From: Schizochytrium sp. TIO01
Lineage: Eukaryota; Protista; Bigyra: Labyrinthulomycetes
DNA: 64,000 nt
Reading direction: 5' to 3'
NCBI GenBank assembly: GCA_004764695.1
Contig: SMSO01000032.1
Coordinates: 4,744,483 to 4,808,482 of the forward strand
Shown here piece after piece: positions 37,402 to 49,899 of this stretch. The notes under the pieces were generated by a model. That model was given only the letters and a program-made list of their open reading frames with translations. It was not told where the DNA came from and did no database searches. The translations under genes were made by a program, and so were the position numbers. The stretch's first letter is position 1. Every line of letters starts with the position of its first letter.

Positions 37402-37770
37402 TCATGGTATCGCCTTATCCATTGGAGCGTAAATAATTGTGTTATATATAATTCAACAATCCATTTTGAAAGTTAATTTTTTAATGCTGTTCCTTCACTC
37501 CATCAACGAAGAATGCGTGAGAGGACGAGAAGCTTAGTAGAAATAGTGAAACTTCCGGGCTCCCTGTTCCATTGTTAATTTAAACAATCAAGAGCAAAAA
37601 CCAAACTAGAATAGACATACTTACTGTTATAAATCCTATTATTTCTAAGAAACGACAGAGGAACAGACGGGCTGAGCAGGATAGATAGAGTTCTACCGTG
37701 TTAAAGTATTGTGATTACACAGTTTACTAAGCGTGGGATTTTACACTACGCCTTGAAAAGAGTATAGTTA

Positions 37771-38811
37771 TCACTTGGAAGGTGTAAGCTTTTCTGAGTT
37801 AGCGTGCGCAGTATGCTTAGTGGGATCCTTGTACCGACGCATATCAAGGTCCTTGAAATATTCAATGGTCTTTTGCAAACCATCACGAAGCTGGACATTG
37901 GGCTCCCAGTTGTTAAGGTACTTTTTCGCCTTGGTAATGTCTGGGCGGCGCTGCTTCGGGTCATCATTAGGAAGCGGCATGTAGATAATTTTGCTAGAGG
38001 ACCCTGTGAGCTCAACTACAAGCTCTGCTAGTTCCTTGATAGTGAACTCATTTGGGTTACCGAGGTTGACGGGACCGACGGTCTCAGTCTGGTTCATGAA
38101 ACGAACCATGCCTTCAATGAGGTCATCGACAAAACAGAATGAACGAGTTTGACTTCCATCTCCATAAATGGTAATATCACGGCCCTGAAGAGCTTGCATG
38201 ATAAAGTTAGAAACGACACGACCATCGTATGGATGCATTCCAGGACCAAAGGTGTTGAAGATGCGCAGTACTCGGATATCAACGTTGTTTTGACGGTGAT
38301 AGTCGAAAAAGAGGGTCTCCGCAGCACGCTTTCCTTCATCGTAGCAGGAGCGGACACCGTTCGGATTTACATGACCCCAGTATTCCTCAGGTTGGGGTGT
38401 AACATCTGGATCACCATAAACCTCGCTGGTAGATGCCTGGAGGATACGTGCCTTTGTGCGCTTGGCAAGTCCAAGCAAGTTCATGCTGCCCATGAAGCTG
38501 GTCTTCATTGTCTTGATTGGGTTGTACTGGTAGTGGACTGGGGACGCAGGGCAGGCAAGGTTATAAATTTGGTCCACTTCCGCGTGAAAAGGCTCGGTAA
38601 CATCGTGGCGGATGAGCTCAAAGTTGGGTTTATCTAGGAGATCGGCTATGTTGATACGCTGGCTCGTGAAGAAGTTATCAAGGCAGATTACCTCATGGCC
38701 TTCTGAAACGAGACGTCTACACAAATGAGAGCCAAGAAATCCTGCACCTCCTGTCACCAAAACACGCTGAAACTCCGCTGGTGCCCAGGTCTCCTCAGCC
38801 GTGGTCGTCAT
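37771..38811 (-). CDS. UXS1: UDP-glucuronic acid decarboxylase (UDP-xylose synthase)
   Basis: [50 protein letters not shown] and [13 protein letters not shown] at 38811. Confidence 0.95.
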   Translation of the reverse strand: MTTTAEETWAPAEFQRVLVTGGAGFLGSHLCRRLVSEGHEVICLDNFFTSQRINIADLLDKPNFELIRHDVTEPFHAEVDQIYNLACPASPVHYQYNPIKTMKTSFMGSMNLLGLAKRTKARILQASTSEVYGDPDVTPQPEEYWGHVNPNGVRSCYDEGKRAAETLFFDYHRQNNVDIRVLRIFNTFGPGMHPYDGRVVSNFIMQALQGRDITIYGDGSQTRSFCFVDDLIEGMVRFMNQTETVGPVNLGNPNEFTIKELAELVVELTGSSSKIIYMPLPNDDPKQRRPDITKAKKYLNNWEPNVQLRDGLQKTIEYFKDLDMRRYKDPTKHTAHANSEKLTPSK

Positions 38812-39546
38812 GATGTCGATTGGCTTGATGCTCGCTGGCTCACTAAACAGAGCAGTACCTTCAAAGCTTCTAAATAAGAATTCGACTAACTTTCTGATCC
38901 AGGACAACAGATGTCACCCAGATATCTGTCTGACTAGCTTTCACACGTAGTCAGGCCGTGCAAAGGTGTCTCCTAGAGAAGCCAGGGTTGATGTGGTTTT
39001 GCTAGCTGCCAATGCCAAGAAAATGTTTCCCTCACGAGCGAGTAGAAGACGGCTCACTTTTTGCGAATGAACAGCTACTACAAGAATTATATGTGAACTA
39101 TGTTTTGCACTACATTTAAAAAAAAAATGCTTTGGAGCACATTGGATTCAGTGTTCAGAATTTATTAGCACAATATTATACGGTGCTTCAGAATTGCTGT
39201 CAGATACAAGTTGGTTAGTTCTTACAGACAGTAAGTGAGTTAGATTTCGTTGGAGTCAAAGATAAGATTGAAGGGACAAACAATGTATGGTTTATCAAGT
39301 TTATGAAAATAAGGCTACGCTTTGCTTGCTAGCGAGCGAGCGAGCGGATTAGCCGAGCGGCCAGATCAAAGGAGGAAGTTCTGGACGAGAACAAAAGCGA
39401 CATCAAAAGGGGAAGGCGCACCAGGAAAAGAACTTCTACTAGTACTACGACCCGCCAAGGGAACATATGTACGTGTGGAAAATGGGTAGGAAACAAAACA
39501 ATGGTCAGCCGCGACTCACGGCTGTCGTTGCTTTGCAATTTTGGGT

Positions 39547-40932
39547 TTAGACGAAGAGACTCGTGTTCGTGCCAGGGGACCACTGGGTGGGGCTGGGCTG
39601 GGAGTTATAGAGACTGGCGAATTTGCGACGCAAAGCAAGCTCTAAAAACTCTCCATCAGAACGTGCACGAGACGGACTGCGTTCCTGCAAAGGTGTGAGA
39701 TCCGCAAATCGAGTCGAGCGCATCCGAGCAGGTGTTCCTCCGGGAGACCGATCTCCCATGGTCTTACGGAGATGAAAGGAAACATGCTTATTGTTAGCAT
39801 CCTTGCAGTTTTCTTTGTCTGCGACGAGGGGTGTACAGGGCCGCAATTTGACTTGTTGCAGCTGCTCTAGAGAAAGAATAGCACCCGGGGTGTTGCCTCG
39901 TGCACGCGAGGTCTTGGGTTGCTTCTGCGGGGTTGCACGGAGCTTGACCTCGCGAAGAGCCTCGAGCGTGATGACAGCGCTGCGTGATTTATTATTCACA
40001 GGCTTAGGTTTTTCCTTGCGCTGAGGTGTCTTGTTAGCACCCCGGAGGCGAACTTGTTGAAGAGCACTTGCAGAAATCGAGGGACGTGGGGCAGGGATTG
40101 GTCCTGGAGCACCAGAGTTGGCAGAGCTTGAGTCGTTCTGGAAGTTTGGATCGTCCAGACCGCGAGTATCGACGCCGTCTTTCATCATAGCTTGCTCCAC
40201 GGCAGATCTAGGCACGCCAAAGCTGAGCATGCGATGATATTTAGCGTAGGCCGGATTCTTGGCCGAGGCCTTTGCGGCAGGTTTACTCATGGAAACTGGT
40301 TCTGGAGTCTTAAAGGCCTTGGCGGGAGCAGGTGCACGAGGGTGTGAAGCCTGAGTGAGGTTGTCGCTACGTTGGTTTGCAGATTCCTGTACCAGGGCCT
40401 CGAGACTGGCGAGACGTGAGCGAAGGCTTACGATTTCGTCTTGAAGTTCCTTACTAGGGTTCGGGCGGTATACGAATTCTGCAATTTTCAAAGCACGATC
40501 CTTCATGCGTTCAACAAGTGCAGAAGAGCATTTTGCAAGGGATTTGCGCAAGGCCAACCTTGCGACGACAGACTTTTGCGACCACACGTTAAACTGGCAC
40601 TGCACAGCGTGCTTGAAGGCTCTGAACTTGATCTGCACTGTATCCTCTTGCTTTTTAGCTCCCAACTTTGCCTGGCGAGGCCCTGTGGCCCTGATCCTTC
40701 CATTATTGACTGTTTGGGTGTCCAGAGTAGCCCCGTTCTGCTCCTCGGCCTCAGCAGCCTCCTTAACTCGTTTCTTGGTTCGTGTGCGGCGGCGGATGTT
40801 TTTCACGGGTGCCGGCGACTGGAGCGGCTTAAACGGGTTGTTGTTTTCCAGAGCAATATCCCGCGACCTCGTGGTGAACTGCAGCACATATGTGCCCGTC
40901 GAGGCACGCCTGCGAGCCTGAAAGCGTCCCAT
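39547..40932 (-). CDS. PRR11/MTFR-like protein with repeated WH2-like L-x-x-V-[KR]-L-R motifs
   Basis: 461-aa ORF containing ALQQVRLR, TLEALREVKLR, SLEQLQQVKLR, a KEN box, RSPGGTP, ALRRKF and KYHRMLSFGVP..AV..AM..DG.D. Confidence 0.65.
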   Translation of the reverse strand: MGRFQARRRASTGTYVLQFTTRSRDIALENNNPFKPLQSPAPVKNIRRRTRTKKRVKEAAEAEEQNGATLDTQTVNNGRIRATGPRQAKLGAKKQEDTVQIKFRAFKHAVQCQFNVWSQKSVVARLALRKSLAKCSSALVERMKDRALKIAEFVYRPNPSKELQDEIVSLRSRLASLEALVQESANQRSDNLTQASHPRAPAPAKAFKTPEPVSMSKPAAKASAKNPAYAKYHRMLSFGVPRSAVEQAMMKDGVDTRGLDDPNFQNDSSSANSGAPGPIPAPRPSISASALQQVRLRGANKTPQRKEKPKPVNNKSRSAVITLEALREVKLRATPQKQPKTSRARGNTPGAILSLEQLQQVKLRPCTPLVADKENCKDANNKHVSFHLRKTMGDRSPGGTPARMRSTRFADLTPLQERSPSRARSDGEFLELALRRKFASLYNSQPSPTQWSPGTNTSLFV

Positions 40933-42565
40933 CAGCTCAACTCAAGATGTCGCGCTCCCAAAGTCTCAAAATCTTCAAGGTACCCCAACCCTGACGAACC
41001 CGAGCTGTCCACGACAGTTGCTCAAACTGTCTGTCGCCGCACAACTTCAGCCGCTGTTCGACTTTGTAGCAGCCGGCTTTACAGGAATGGTCTCGTCCAG
41101 GTTGCTTGTTTCTTATCTGGTCTCGAAAGCTCTGCATTACACCGTCAATATACTCACTCTTTCATTCATTTCTTCAATCAACAACAAATCATCTCTTCAT
41201 CGCTGCGACCTCCTTCTAGCTCCTAGATAGGCAGTACTATAGGTCAACACTGATATCTATCTAATTAACAGTAAAAGTGGTGCTGCATATTGTGTCTAAG
41301 GCGATGGATGTGAAACGGTTGCATGTCATCTCTGCACTATCAGGCAACACAGTGATTGGCATGCACGCGGGAAAGGACTCGTGGCAAGGCGTAGGAAACG
41401 GGTTAACTAATACGTCATATTGTCACCCGCTGGAGGCGTTCGGTGGTTTTGGTCATAGGGAGAAGTGGGCTCGTGCATGATCATGGTTGAGTGCTACACC
41501 AGAAAAGTTAAAAAAACGAAAAGAAAAAAAAAACGAAGAACATCATGTCTAAATAACATAATATGGGTAATAGAACTATGGTGATAATGAGAAAAAAACA
41601 GAAACAAAAAACAGAACTTTATGAATGGAGCGTTGCGAACGTGCAACAGCCAAAAGGGAGGTGCAGACAAAGTGCGAGAACAAACTCAACTGTCGAATAA
41701 GTGATGGAGTAAATAAAGTATTTGCATTGGGTGGTATATGATGGTGGTCCTGGTGGTGCACGAGATGCTGCAATGATTCCAATTGACTAGCTCTTATGTC
41801 TTAGATCCAAGTAAACTTGCTTGGAGATTGGGGACTTGTAGAATACGACGTGTGTCATGTAACCAATACTACTCAGGTACCTAAAACCGACGACCACATA
41901 TTTTAATATCTACGTATTGAATTTTCTATTGTGAACTGCAGAGGAATGAATTGCTTATGATTATTGTTCTAAACATAATTACTGCGCATGAAGAAACAAT
42001 CCTAGGTAATCGTCTTAGAAATAATTACAAGTCAAAGGGAGTCTGGGTCCTTGTCCAATTCAATTCGAGCGATACTGATACTAAACATTAGCTATTTAAA
42101 TCACATCTATAAGCGAAATACATAGCTTATTTCTGAGAGAAAAGTCGAATGCCACATTTTGTCCAAGAAGGCACTGAATTCTTTACATTCTATGCAAAAT
42201 CGGCATTGTTTAAATTCCATAGAGAGAAGAGCACGCCATAAAACTGTGTTATTATACACGCCGTCTCTGCAATACCCAATATATATCGAGTACCTATTTT
42301 TTGGACGGGAGGCAAAATTTTAGAATTTTAGAGGTGAAGAAATAATAATTGCAGTAGCAGCAGCAGCAGAAAGCAATTTCAGCAATATCAGCAATACCAG
42401 CAATACCAGCAAAAACAGCAAAAACAACAATAGCAACAACAGAAGCTTAAAGAATAGATTCATCAAAAAAGCAAAGGAAGTGATTGGTTTAAAAAAAAAA
42501 AGAAAGGTAACGATTTGAGTTTAGCAACGAGTTGAAAGTGGTTGTGAGCGGCATACAGAACATGG

Positions 42566-43564
42566 TCACTTCTTGTTCTTTGGGTTGCGCGGTGGCGTGG
42601 CAGGGCGGGCCCCACCGGCGCCGCCAGCGGCCCCGGCGTTGCCTCCGTATGTGTAACGAGTGCGTTTCTCTGCTGGCTTGAGGATCTGAAAGGAGCACAT
42701 GAGCGTGTCATCGACGCTCATCATGGCGCCTGCGTTGTCAAACTCGCCACAATAGTTCGGGGCACTGAAGAGCGTGACGAGGGAGCGCTTGGCGAAGAAC
42801 TCGTATCCGTCCTCCACCACCTGGTGGGCTCTGCAGACGAGGTCGAGGTCGTGTTTCTTGAGGAAAATCTGCACCACGTCAGGGCCAAAGGTGAAAGAAA
42901 CACCTCGGTCGTTCTCACCCCATCCCAGGAGGTCCTTGTCGGGGTCAGCCCACAAGAGATCACAAACGAGGCCTGTGTCTGGTACATCCGTGGGCCTCAT
43001 TACACGCTTAATCTGGTCCATAGTGTGCAAGTCAGGCGAAAGACCGCCGTGCATGCAGAAGATCTTCTCATCAATGATGGCTGCGATGGGAAGGCAGTTG
43101 AAGGCGTCGGTGAAAGTCTTCCAGAGCTTGATGTTGTATCTGCGCTTGCACTCGTCGTAGAATCCGTAGATACGGTTGATAGAGGCGCTCTCGTGGTTAC
43201 CGCGCAGGATGAAGAAGTTTTCAGGGAACTTGATCTTGTACGCCAGCAGCAAGCAGATGGTCTCGAGGCTCTGCTTACCGCGGTCCACGTAATCACCCAA
43301 GAAGAGGTAGTTGGCCTCAGGCGGGAAGCCACCGTACTCAAAGAGGCGCAGAAGGTCATAGTACTGTCCATGGATATCACCACAGATTTTGATGGGCGCC
43401 TCTAGCTCGAGCAGGATGGGCTGGCTCATGAAGATCTCGCGGGCGTGCACGCACAAGTTCCTGATCTCCATCTCTGTGAGGGCCACATGCTTTCCGGGCC
43501 GTGCTCCTCGCACCTCGAGGAGCTTGTCAATGATCTCATTTACGTTGAAGGTGTTGCTGGCCAT
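42566..43564 (-). CDS. PPP1C: Serine/threonine protein phosphatase 1 catalytic subunit
   Basis: [31 protein letters not shown] and [13 protein letters not shown]. The C-terminal TPPR site is typical of PP1. Confidence 0.98.
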   Translation of the reverse strand: MASNTFNVNEIIDKLLEVRGARPGKHVALTEMEIRNLCVHAREIFMSQPILLELEAPIKICGDIHGQYYDLLRLFEYGGFPPEANYLFLGDYVDRGKQSLETICLLLAYKIKFPENFFILRGNHESASINRIYGFYDECKRRYNIKLWKTFTDAFNCLPIAAIIDEKIFCMHGGLSPDLHTMDQIKRVMRPTDVPDTGLVCDLLWADPDKDLLGWGENDRGVSFTFGPDVVQIFLKKHDLDLVCRAHQVVEDGYEFFAKRSLVTLFSAPNYCGEFDNAGAMMSVDDTLMCSFQILKPAEKRTRYTYGGNAGAAGGAGGARPATPPRNPKNKK

Positions 43565-43571
43565 GGTGCCG

Positions 43572-44072
43572 CTGAGATGGATAGATGTATGTGTGAGTGA
43601 AACGTTTACGCGCCGACCACCAAACGAGCTTCAGCTAGCAATACAGAGTGCAAACAACGCACGCGGTCGTTCGCAAGTCCCTTGGTTTTCCTTCGAGCGA
43701 GCGATCGCCTTCGATGCGCGCGCCTGCTTGTGTGCCTCTCGTCCTACTTCTTCTACTACGGACGAAAGAAAACAGCAGAACTTCGGGGCACCGCCGTTAC
43801 AGCAAGGCCGCGATGGACGTGAGGGCTAGCAGCCACAAGGGCAGAGCCTCCGAAGTAGCGAGGAGAATGAACGGCTAGAGAGCGAAAAACGTCGCTCGCT
43901 GCTCCCCGCAAACAGGAGAGGAGGCACGCAGCTACGAGACGACTAGAGGAGCCCGAAGAAAGAAATGCGCTGGTTGCTTGCTTTTCCTAGCTAGCTGGTG
44001 TGAGGGATCCACCGGAAAGGCCGAGAGACCGGGAGAACGAGCGAGCCCCTTCCTCCGCGGAATAGAGCTTAC
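43572..44072 (-). other. Predicted 5' UTR intron of PP1
   Basis: Minus-strand donor GTAAGC at 44072 and acceptor ATCTCAG ending at 43572, 7 nt before the ATG. Confidence 0.4.
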
Positions 44073-44229
44073 TTTCCTGAGCACGAGCCTGCCGTCCCCG
44101 CCGACCCGCGTAGCTTCCTTGCCGTCGCGACGGGTTGAGAGCGAGAGGCCTTCGACTGGCGAAGAAGGTATGTACGTAATATTTATGTACCTCTCTAACT
44201 AAGTTTGTATGTGCGTCTTATACAATAGA

Positions 44230-44280
44230 AACATACATATACATACATTCATATATACATATACATCTACAAATATATAT

Positions 44281-44313
<33 letters not shown>

Positions 44314-44830
44314 TATATATATGTGTCTCTCGACGAGTCTCTATTTCTATATTCCTTTATTTATTTTTCTTTCTTTCTCACTTTCCGAAAGTTAATGAAT
44401 GAATGAATGAATGAATGAATGAATGAATGAATGACTGCGCGAATAACCATTTTTCTTTTCTTCTTTTTACAAAGAAAAGAGACCAATTCAATTCAATGAA
44501 GAGAAGAGAACAGAACAGAGCAATTGGGAAAAAGAATCGAATAAAACAAAGCCCAACAAACAAACAAACAAACAAACAAACAAACAAACAAACAAACAAG
44601 GAAAGGAAGGAAGGAAGGCAGGCAGGCAGGCGCCACGAGCCGATCAGCCGTCGCTCGAGTGCGCGCTGCTTCCTGCGCGGGCGGGCGGGCCTCCCTTCTG
44701 CCTCTGTCCCTGCGTCTCCCTCCTCCCTGCTCTGCTCTGCTCGTCTTCTCTCAAGAAAGCCCTTTCTTTCAATCCCTTTTCTAAGTTCATTCATTCACTC
44801 ATTCATTCACTCATTCACTCATTCATTCCA
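44230..44830. repeat. Microsatellite cluster: (ACAT)n/(AT)n, (GAAT)n, (CAAA)n, (TCAT/TCAC)n
   Basis: Direct reading. Confidence 0.9.
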
Positions 44831-45184
44831 TCGTTGTCATTTCATGGCGCATTGGATTGAATAAAATTTTGAAAGCAAGTTTCAAACTTTATTCTTTCTT
44901 TGCCAAGAAAAGAACGCAAAGCATTACACGAAAAACTTTCAAGTTTCAAATCGACCGCTTCGTACCCACTCCTAGCCGGTACGCTAGCTGCCAGCCTAGC
45001 CGTCTAGCTAACCAATAATTCTATCCCTCAGCTTAGGGCGCCTCATCCCATACAGCATAAAGACCTAAATACGTATATGAATACATAAATGATGATGCAG
45101 AAATAAATCATGTTATATAGTACGTACAGACTCCTTCAGACGTCCCATTCATTACTGTGAGCGAATTATTCAATGAGTCCATCC

Positions 45185-45342
45185 ATGAATGAGTAAATGA
45201 TTGAACGAGTAAATGAATGTAATGAGTAAATGATTGAATGATTGAATGATTGAATGAATGAATGAATGAATGAATGAATGAATGAATGAATGAATGAATG
45301 AATGAATGAATGAATGAATGAATGAATGAATGAATGAATGAG
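45185..45342. repeat. (GAAT)n microsatellite with a degenerate 5' flank
   Basis: Direct reading. Confidence 0.95.
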
Positions 45343-46050
45343 TAAATGTAGAGCGTCCGTCAGCTTGGCCTTCGCTCTCTCCGCTGGTTCCTGCCTTCTC
45401 GTGAGCCTGTCTCGACAGGTACATAGGCGACTCTCTCTCCTCTCGATCCCATTGGCGCCTTCCTGCGGCTGCTGCGTCTCGTTCGCAGCGGCTTTAGGCT
45501 GATTTCGAGGGCGCGGCACTTGCTCTGTTCTTGGCGGCGCCCGTGTTTCCGAATTTCTTCTTAACTCTCTCTCTCTCTCTCTCTTATTCATGCATATAAA
45601 TATATTTATATACTTTATTCGCGCGCGCACAGTAGGTTATAGCAGGGCCGCCTACAGTGGCGCAAACCCCTCCACTATGAAGTATTCTCTATAGCCCACT
45701 TGCGGCAGCCCACTTCCGCACCCCCACTGTCTCCTGCGCCGTTCTTTTCGATCTTGGAACACGCCCGACTAAGGGTTTCATATGGGATAGTATACGCTAG
45801 CAGTAGGGTCTGTTCTAATCCATCCCATGATGGCTCTGAGTACGTTCTGAGGATTATCATTGTTGTCGGTATGTTCTTTTGGCTTGAATAAGAATTCATT
45901 CATTCATTCACTCACTCACTCACTCACTCAGTTCCTTCATCTGTGACTAATCCGCATCGACGAACTAATGTGGTTTTGCTTTGAGTTGCCTGGAAATCGA
46001 AGGGCATCGCAGCGCATTTTAGAAGCACGAAACGAATGCGTGAATAAAAT

Positions 46051-46051
46051 G

Positions 46052-46097
<46 letters not shown>
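46051..46097. repeat. (AATC)n microsatellite
   Basis: Direct reading. Confidence 0.92.
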
Positions 46098-46099
<2 letters not shown>

Positions 46100-47525
46100 T
46101 GCATTGCGAATGAATCAAAATCTCTCTATACGAGAATAACTTGAATTTGAAATGGGACCTTTCTTCTGACTGACTAAGCTAAAAAACATTATAACAAACA
46201 CATTACATTACATTACATTACATACATTACATTACACTACGATATACTACACCACTTACATACATACAAATGTCTATCATATACATGAATATATACATGC
46301 ATAGTACATATATAGTCCATATAGACAGACCCATCAGTAAACAGCGAATTAGTCGAATGACTAACAAAGAAGCGTCACTTCGTTGGTGCAGAGAACGCCA
46401 CGCTTCGGCTGCCGGGCCAGCCGTCGGTTGCGCGCAGCGGCGGGCCTCGACTCGCGGCCTCCCTCTCGCTGCCACGCTGCGGCGCGGCCGTCTGCCTGCC
46501 CGCCTGCCTGCCCGCCTGCCTGCCTGCCTTCCTGCCCACGCCTACGCGCTGACGCAGAGACTGATGCGGCGCGCGATTCCGCGGAGGGCCCCGTCGATTC
46601 TGAGTGGTTGAGTGGAGTGAATGACTGAATGAACGTATGTGTAACGTGAGAGAGCCTTCTGAGCGGCTGCTCGGGGCGGCACCGGCGCGGGCCTCGAGGC
46701 AGGCCCTGCCGCGCACGGGAGCCAGGTCGAGCAGGGGAGGGCAGGCGGCCGCTGGCCAGAGGTGGCGCCAGCGCCGCCAGCGCCGCGAGACGCCTGCGGC
46801 CTGAGGAGAACTTGTATCAGGGCCTCAGGAGCAGAAACTTTTAACGCGCAGCGGTGGACAGCAAAAAAGGGACTTGGGGGAAGAAAGAAAGAACGAAAGA
46901 ACGAAAGAAAGAAAGAAAAAAGAACACGTTAGAGCAGAACAGAGGAAGGCGGGAAGTGGGATGCGGCACTGACAGAGGCACACTGAGGCACTGCGGGGGC
47001 GATTTGGAGGGTTTAGTGTGAGGATTAGCGAAGATTACTGCGGCTGAGGGGGGGTCGCCACCGGTTCGTCACTGGGGTCGGGCGAGAGGTCGAGGGGCTA
47101 GTGGGGCTGTGAGGGAGAAGCGCGGCGAGAAAAAGGGTACTTGACGCTTGTGAGGGGCTGCGAGGTTATGGTGTGGGCCATATCGACTTGTATCTGCGAA
47201 GCTGAGACAGTGTGGAGTGGAGAAAGCGCGGCGTGAGGGGCTGACGCAGGCAGGGCCAAAGGAACGGTCTGTGATGCATGCGTATACAGTCTACAGTAGC
47301 TTGTAAGCTTCTACTGTGGAGAATGCGAGTTTTCTATTTACAGCGTCCTATTTGCCTCAGTGGGCGCTGAGCCTCTACTGTAGAGCAAACCTTCCTCGTC
47401 CTTGAAGTTCTCAGCTGTCAGAGAAAGAAAGAAAGAAAGAAAGAGAAAGAACGAACAAGCGTCCACGAAAGAGAACACCGCCGGCGATGGAAAATTGGAA
47501 CAGACTTTTAAAAGAAGAGCATCGA

Positions 47526-47529
<4 letters not shown>

Positions 47530-47563
<34 letters not shown>
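47530..47563. repeat. Poly(T) tract
   Basis: About 34 consecutive T. Confidence 0.95.
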
Positions 47564-47567
<4 letters not shown>

Positions 47568-48059
47568 ATAGTTGCCTAAATTTTATAAAATTAAAATAAA
47601 TAGAGGTCGTTTTTTTTTTTTAAATATCTGTTCTTTTCTTTTTCAATTAAACATTTAAGAGTTAAAAGTTATACGATTAGAACTATGACTACTCTTCATA
47701 TAGTCCCAGGCTATGATTACTTAGTCAAAGAAACTGGCAGGCAGTGTTCTACTTGCTAGCGAACCCCTAACTGGCTGCTATTAACGAGAAAGCGCTAAGA
47801 ATTAAAAAAAAAAAAATTTAAAAAATAGATAAATCGCACACAACAAAGGAATGGAGGCCGAAACAGTGGCCAACTCTCAACATTGAGGCGCTGTTTCTTT
47901 CTCCCTTCGCTTCTCCCTTCGCTTCTGCGGCACCATCACTCGCCCACTCACCCACTCACTCAATGGCTCAATCACTCAATCACTCAACCACTCAAGGCCT
48001 GACTGACTGACTGAGTGAGTGAGTGAGAAGCGAGCAGACGAAGAGCCTGAGGGCCTTCC

Positions 48060-48074
48060 TTTCTTTCTTTCTTG

Positions 48075-48133
<59 letters not shown>

Positions 48134-48134
48134 T
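48060..48134. repeat. (TTTC)n microsatellite
   Basis: Direct reading. Confidence 0.92.
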
Positions 48135-49343
48135 GTTTTCTTTTGTTTTTTCCCATTTGCGGCAAAAGCTCTGCAAAGACGGCGGCCCGAAGGCTCTGCA
48201 GACATATAGACACATACAAAGCATGCTTCGTATGTATGCAAGGCAATGCATGTGCGTATGGGCGTATGTGTTTATCTGCGGCCTCCATCGATCGTAAGTC
48301 AGACAGAGTTCTGCGCTTCAGGGCGCTGTGAAACGAAGGGAGGAAAGGCGGAGACCACGCGCGAGGAGGAGGCCAGCCAGTTCGCCGCCTTGCGCCGCAG
48401 AGTTTCATACGAATATAGGGGTGCACACCCCGCCCTTGACGCCACAGTCCGCACAGCGCAGAGGAGTGCGGCCCCCCTACTAATGGAACGGATGGAACGG
48501 GTGGAACAGGAGGCAGATGAGGGAAGAAGGGGCAGGGCTCACGAGAGACTGGGATATAGAACGGAATGTGCATGGAACGGAGAGAGGTTAGGGCTACTAT
48601 TTGAGGAGGTTAGGAGTAGGAAACTGCTAGGACCCGCCGCTAGTGACGTGGGAGTCTTAGCCCCGCAGTGAATGTGTATGGCGGTTACTGAAAACAAACA
48701 AACAGACAGACAGACAGACTTGGATAATAGAGAATAATAATAAGAAGAAGAGCAGATGGGTTGAGTTTATCAAAGTAAAAAAAGTAAAAAGGACAGAATA
48801 CTATGTAGACTGATAAATTCATTCGTTAATACCTGCTACTGCCAAGTGGTAGTGCCTACCTACGTACGTACTGCAGCCAATTAAACCGGACTCCGCAGGG
48901 CTATTGACTTGAATGAAGTTTTTATTGAATCAACATCATTGATTGATTATCGGAAGGAAAAGAGAAAGAAAATACTCACTGCGCTAGGAGTACCTAGGGG
49001 ACAGACTACAAAGGGAAACTAATGTTCGGTCCCAGACGAGGAGGGCATAGGAGTACTAAGGTAAGTCGAAGAACCCGAAGAACCTGGTTCTCGCGTTGAT
49101 TGCATCCATCGCAACAGAGGCATGCATATGAGGAAATGCCGGAGCGGCTTTTGGTCTGCACTGGTGAAGGTTTTATGAAAGAGCTGCGCGCATGCACGAT
49201 TTACTACTTCAACGATCGTGTCGAGGCAAAGCATACACCCCCCCTCCCATTCGTGGGGCTCTTCGTCTCCGTCAAGTTCATGCAGCTGTTACGCTGTAGG
49301 ATCTGGTGGTTCTATGAAGCACTTTGAGAACTTCTTTGAAGGC

Positions 49344-49380
<37 letters not shown>

Positions 49381-49851
49381 TGGTTCAATGCGGAATGATC
49401 GAGTTGGCTCGAATGAGCGAGCGCGAGTACCTACCTCCCTGACATACATACCTTCCTCGCGTGCCTCCTTCCTGCGGACAAGAAGGTACCGCGGCCAGAG
49501 CTCAGAGCCCAGCGCCTAGCGCCTAGAGCCCGGCGCCACCCCGGCTGGGCCTGTCTTCGTGTCGAAGGAGCGATCGAACTCGAGGGCGGCTGCGACCCTC
49601 ACGCTGTGTATGATTCGATTCATAGCAAATGTATGTATGTATGTATGTATGCGAATGCGATATGGATGGATGCACAAACATGATTGGACAGGACGGGACC
49701 TTGGAGAATGTAAATTTAGGCTCGTCTTTGGCGATCACGATGCAGAAGCCACGGAAAGTTGAGCGTCGATTGACGGATTTCTACACGAAACCCACAAAGC
49801 GAGAAACTAATAACTCCATGAATGAGTGAATGAAAGAAAGGGTGGATGAAT

Positions 49852-49899
49852 TTGCCAGATGGGTTGCCAGATGGGTTGCCAGATGGGTTGTCAAATGGG
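49852..49899. repeat. 12-bp tandem repeat TTGCCAGATGGG x3 plus one degenerate copy
   Basis: Direct reading. Confidence 0.9.

Noticed and set aside
42721-43829. Several overlapping ORFs on both strands of PP1
   Set aside because: Shadow frames of a GC3-rich conserved gene.
49852-49899. 12-bp tandem repeat as a functional array
   Set aside because: Only 3-4 spacerless copies; an ordinary minisatellite.
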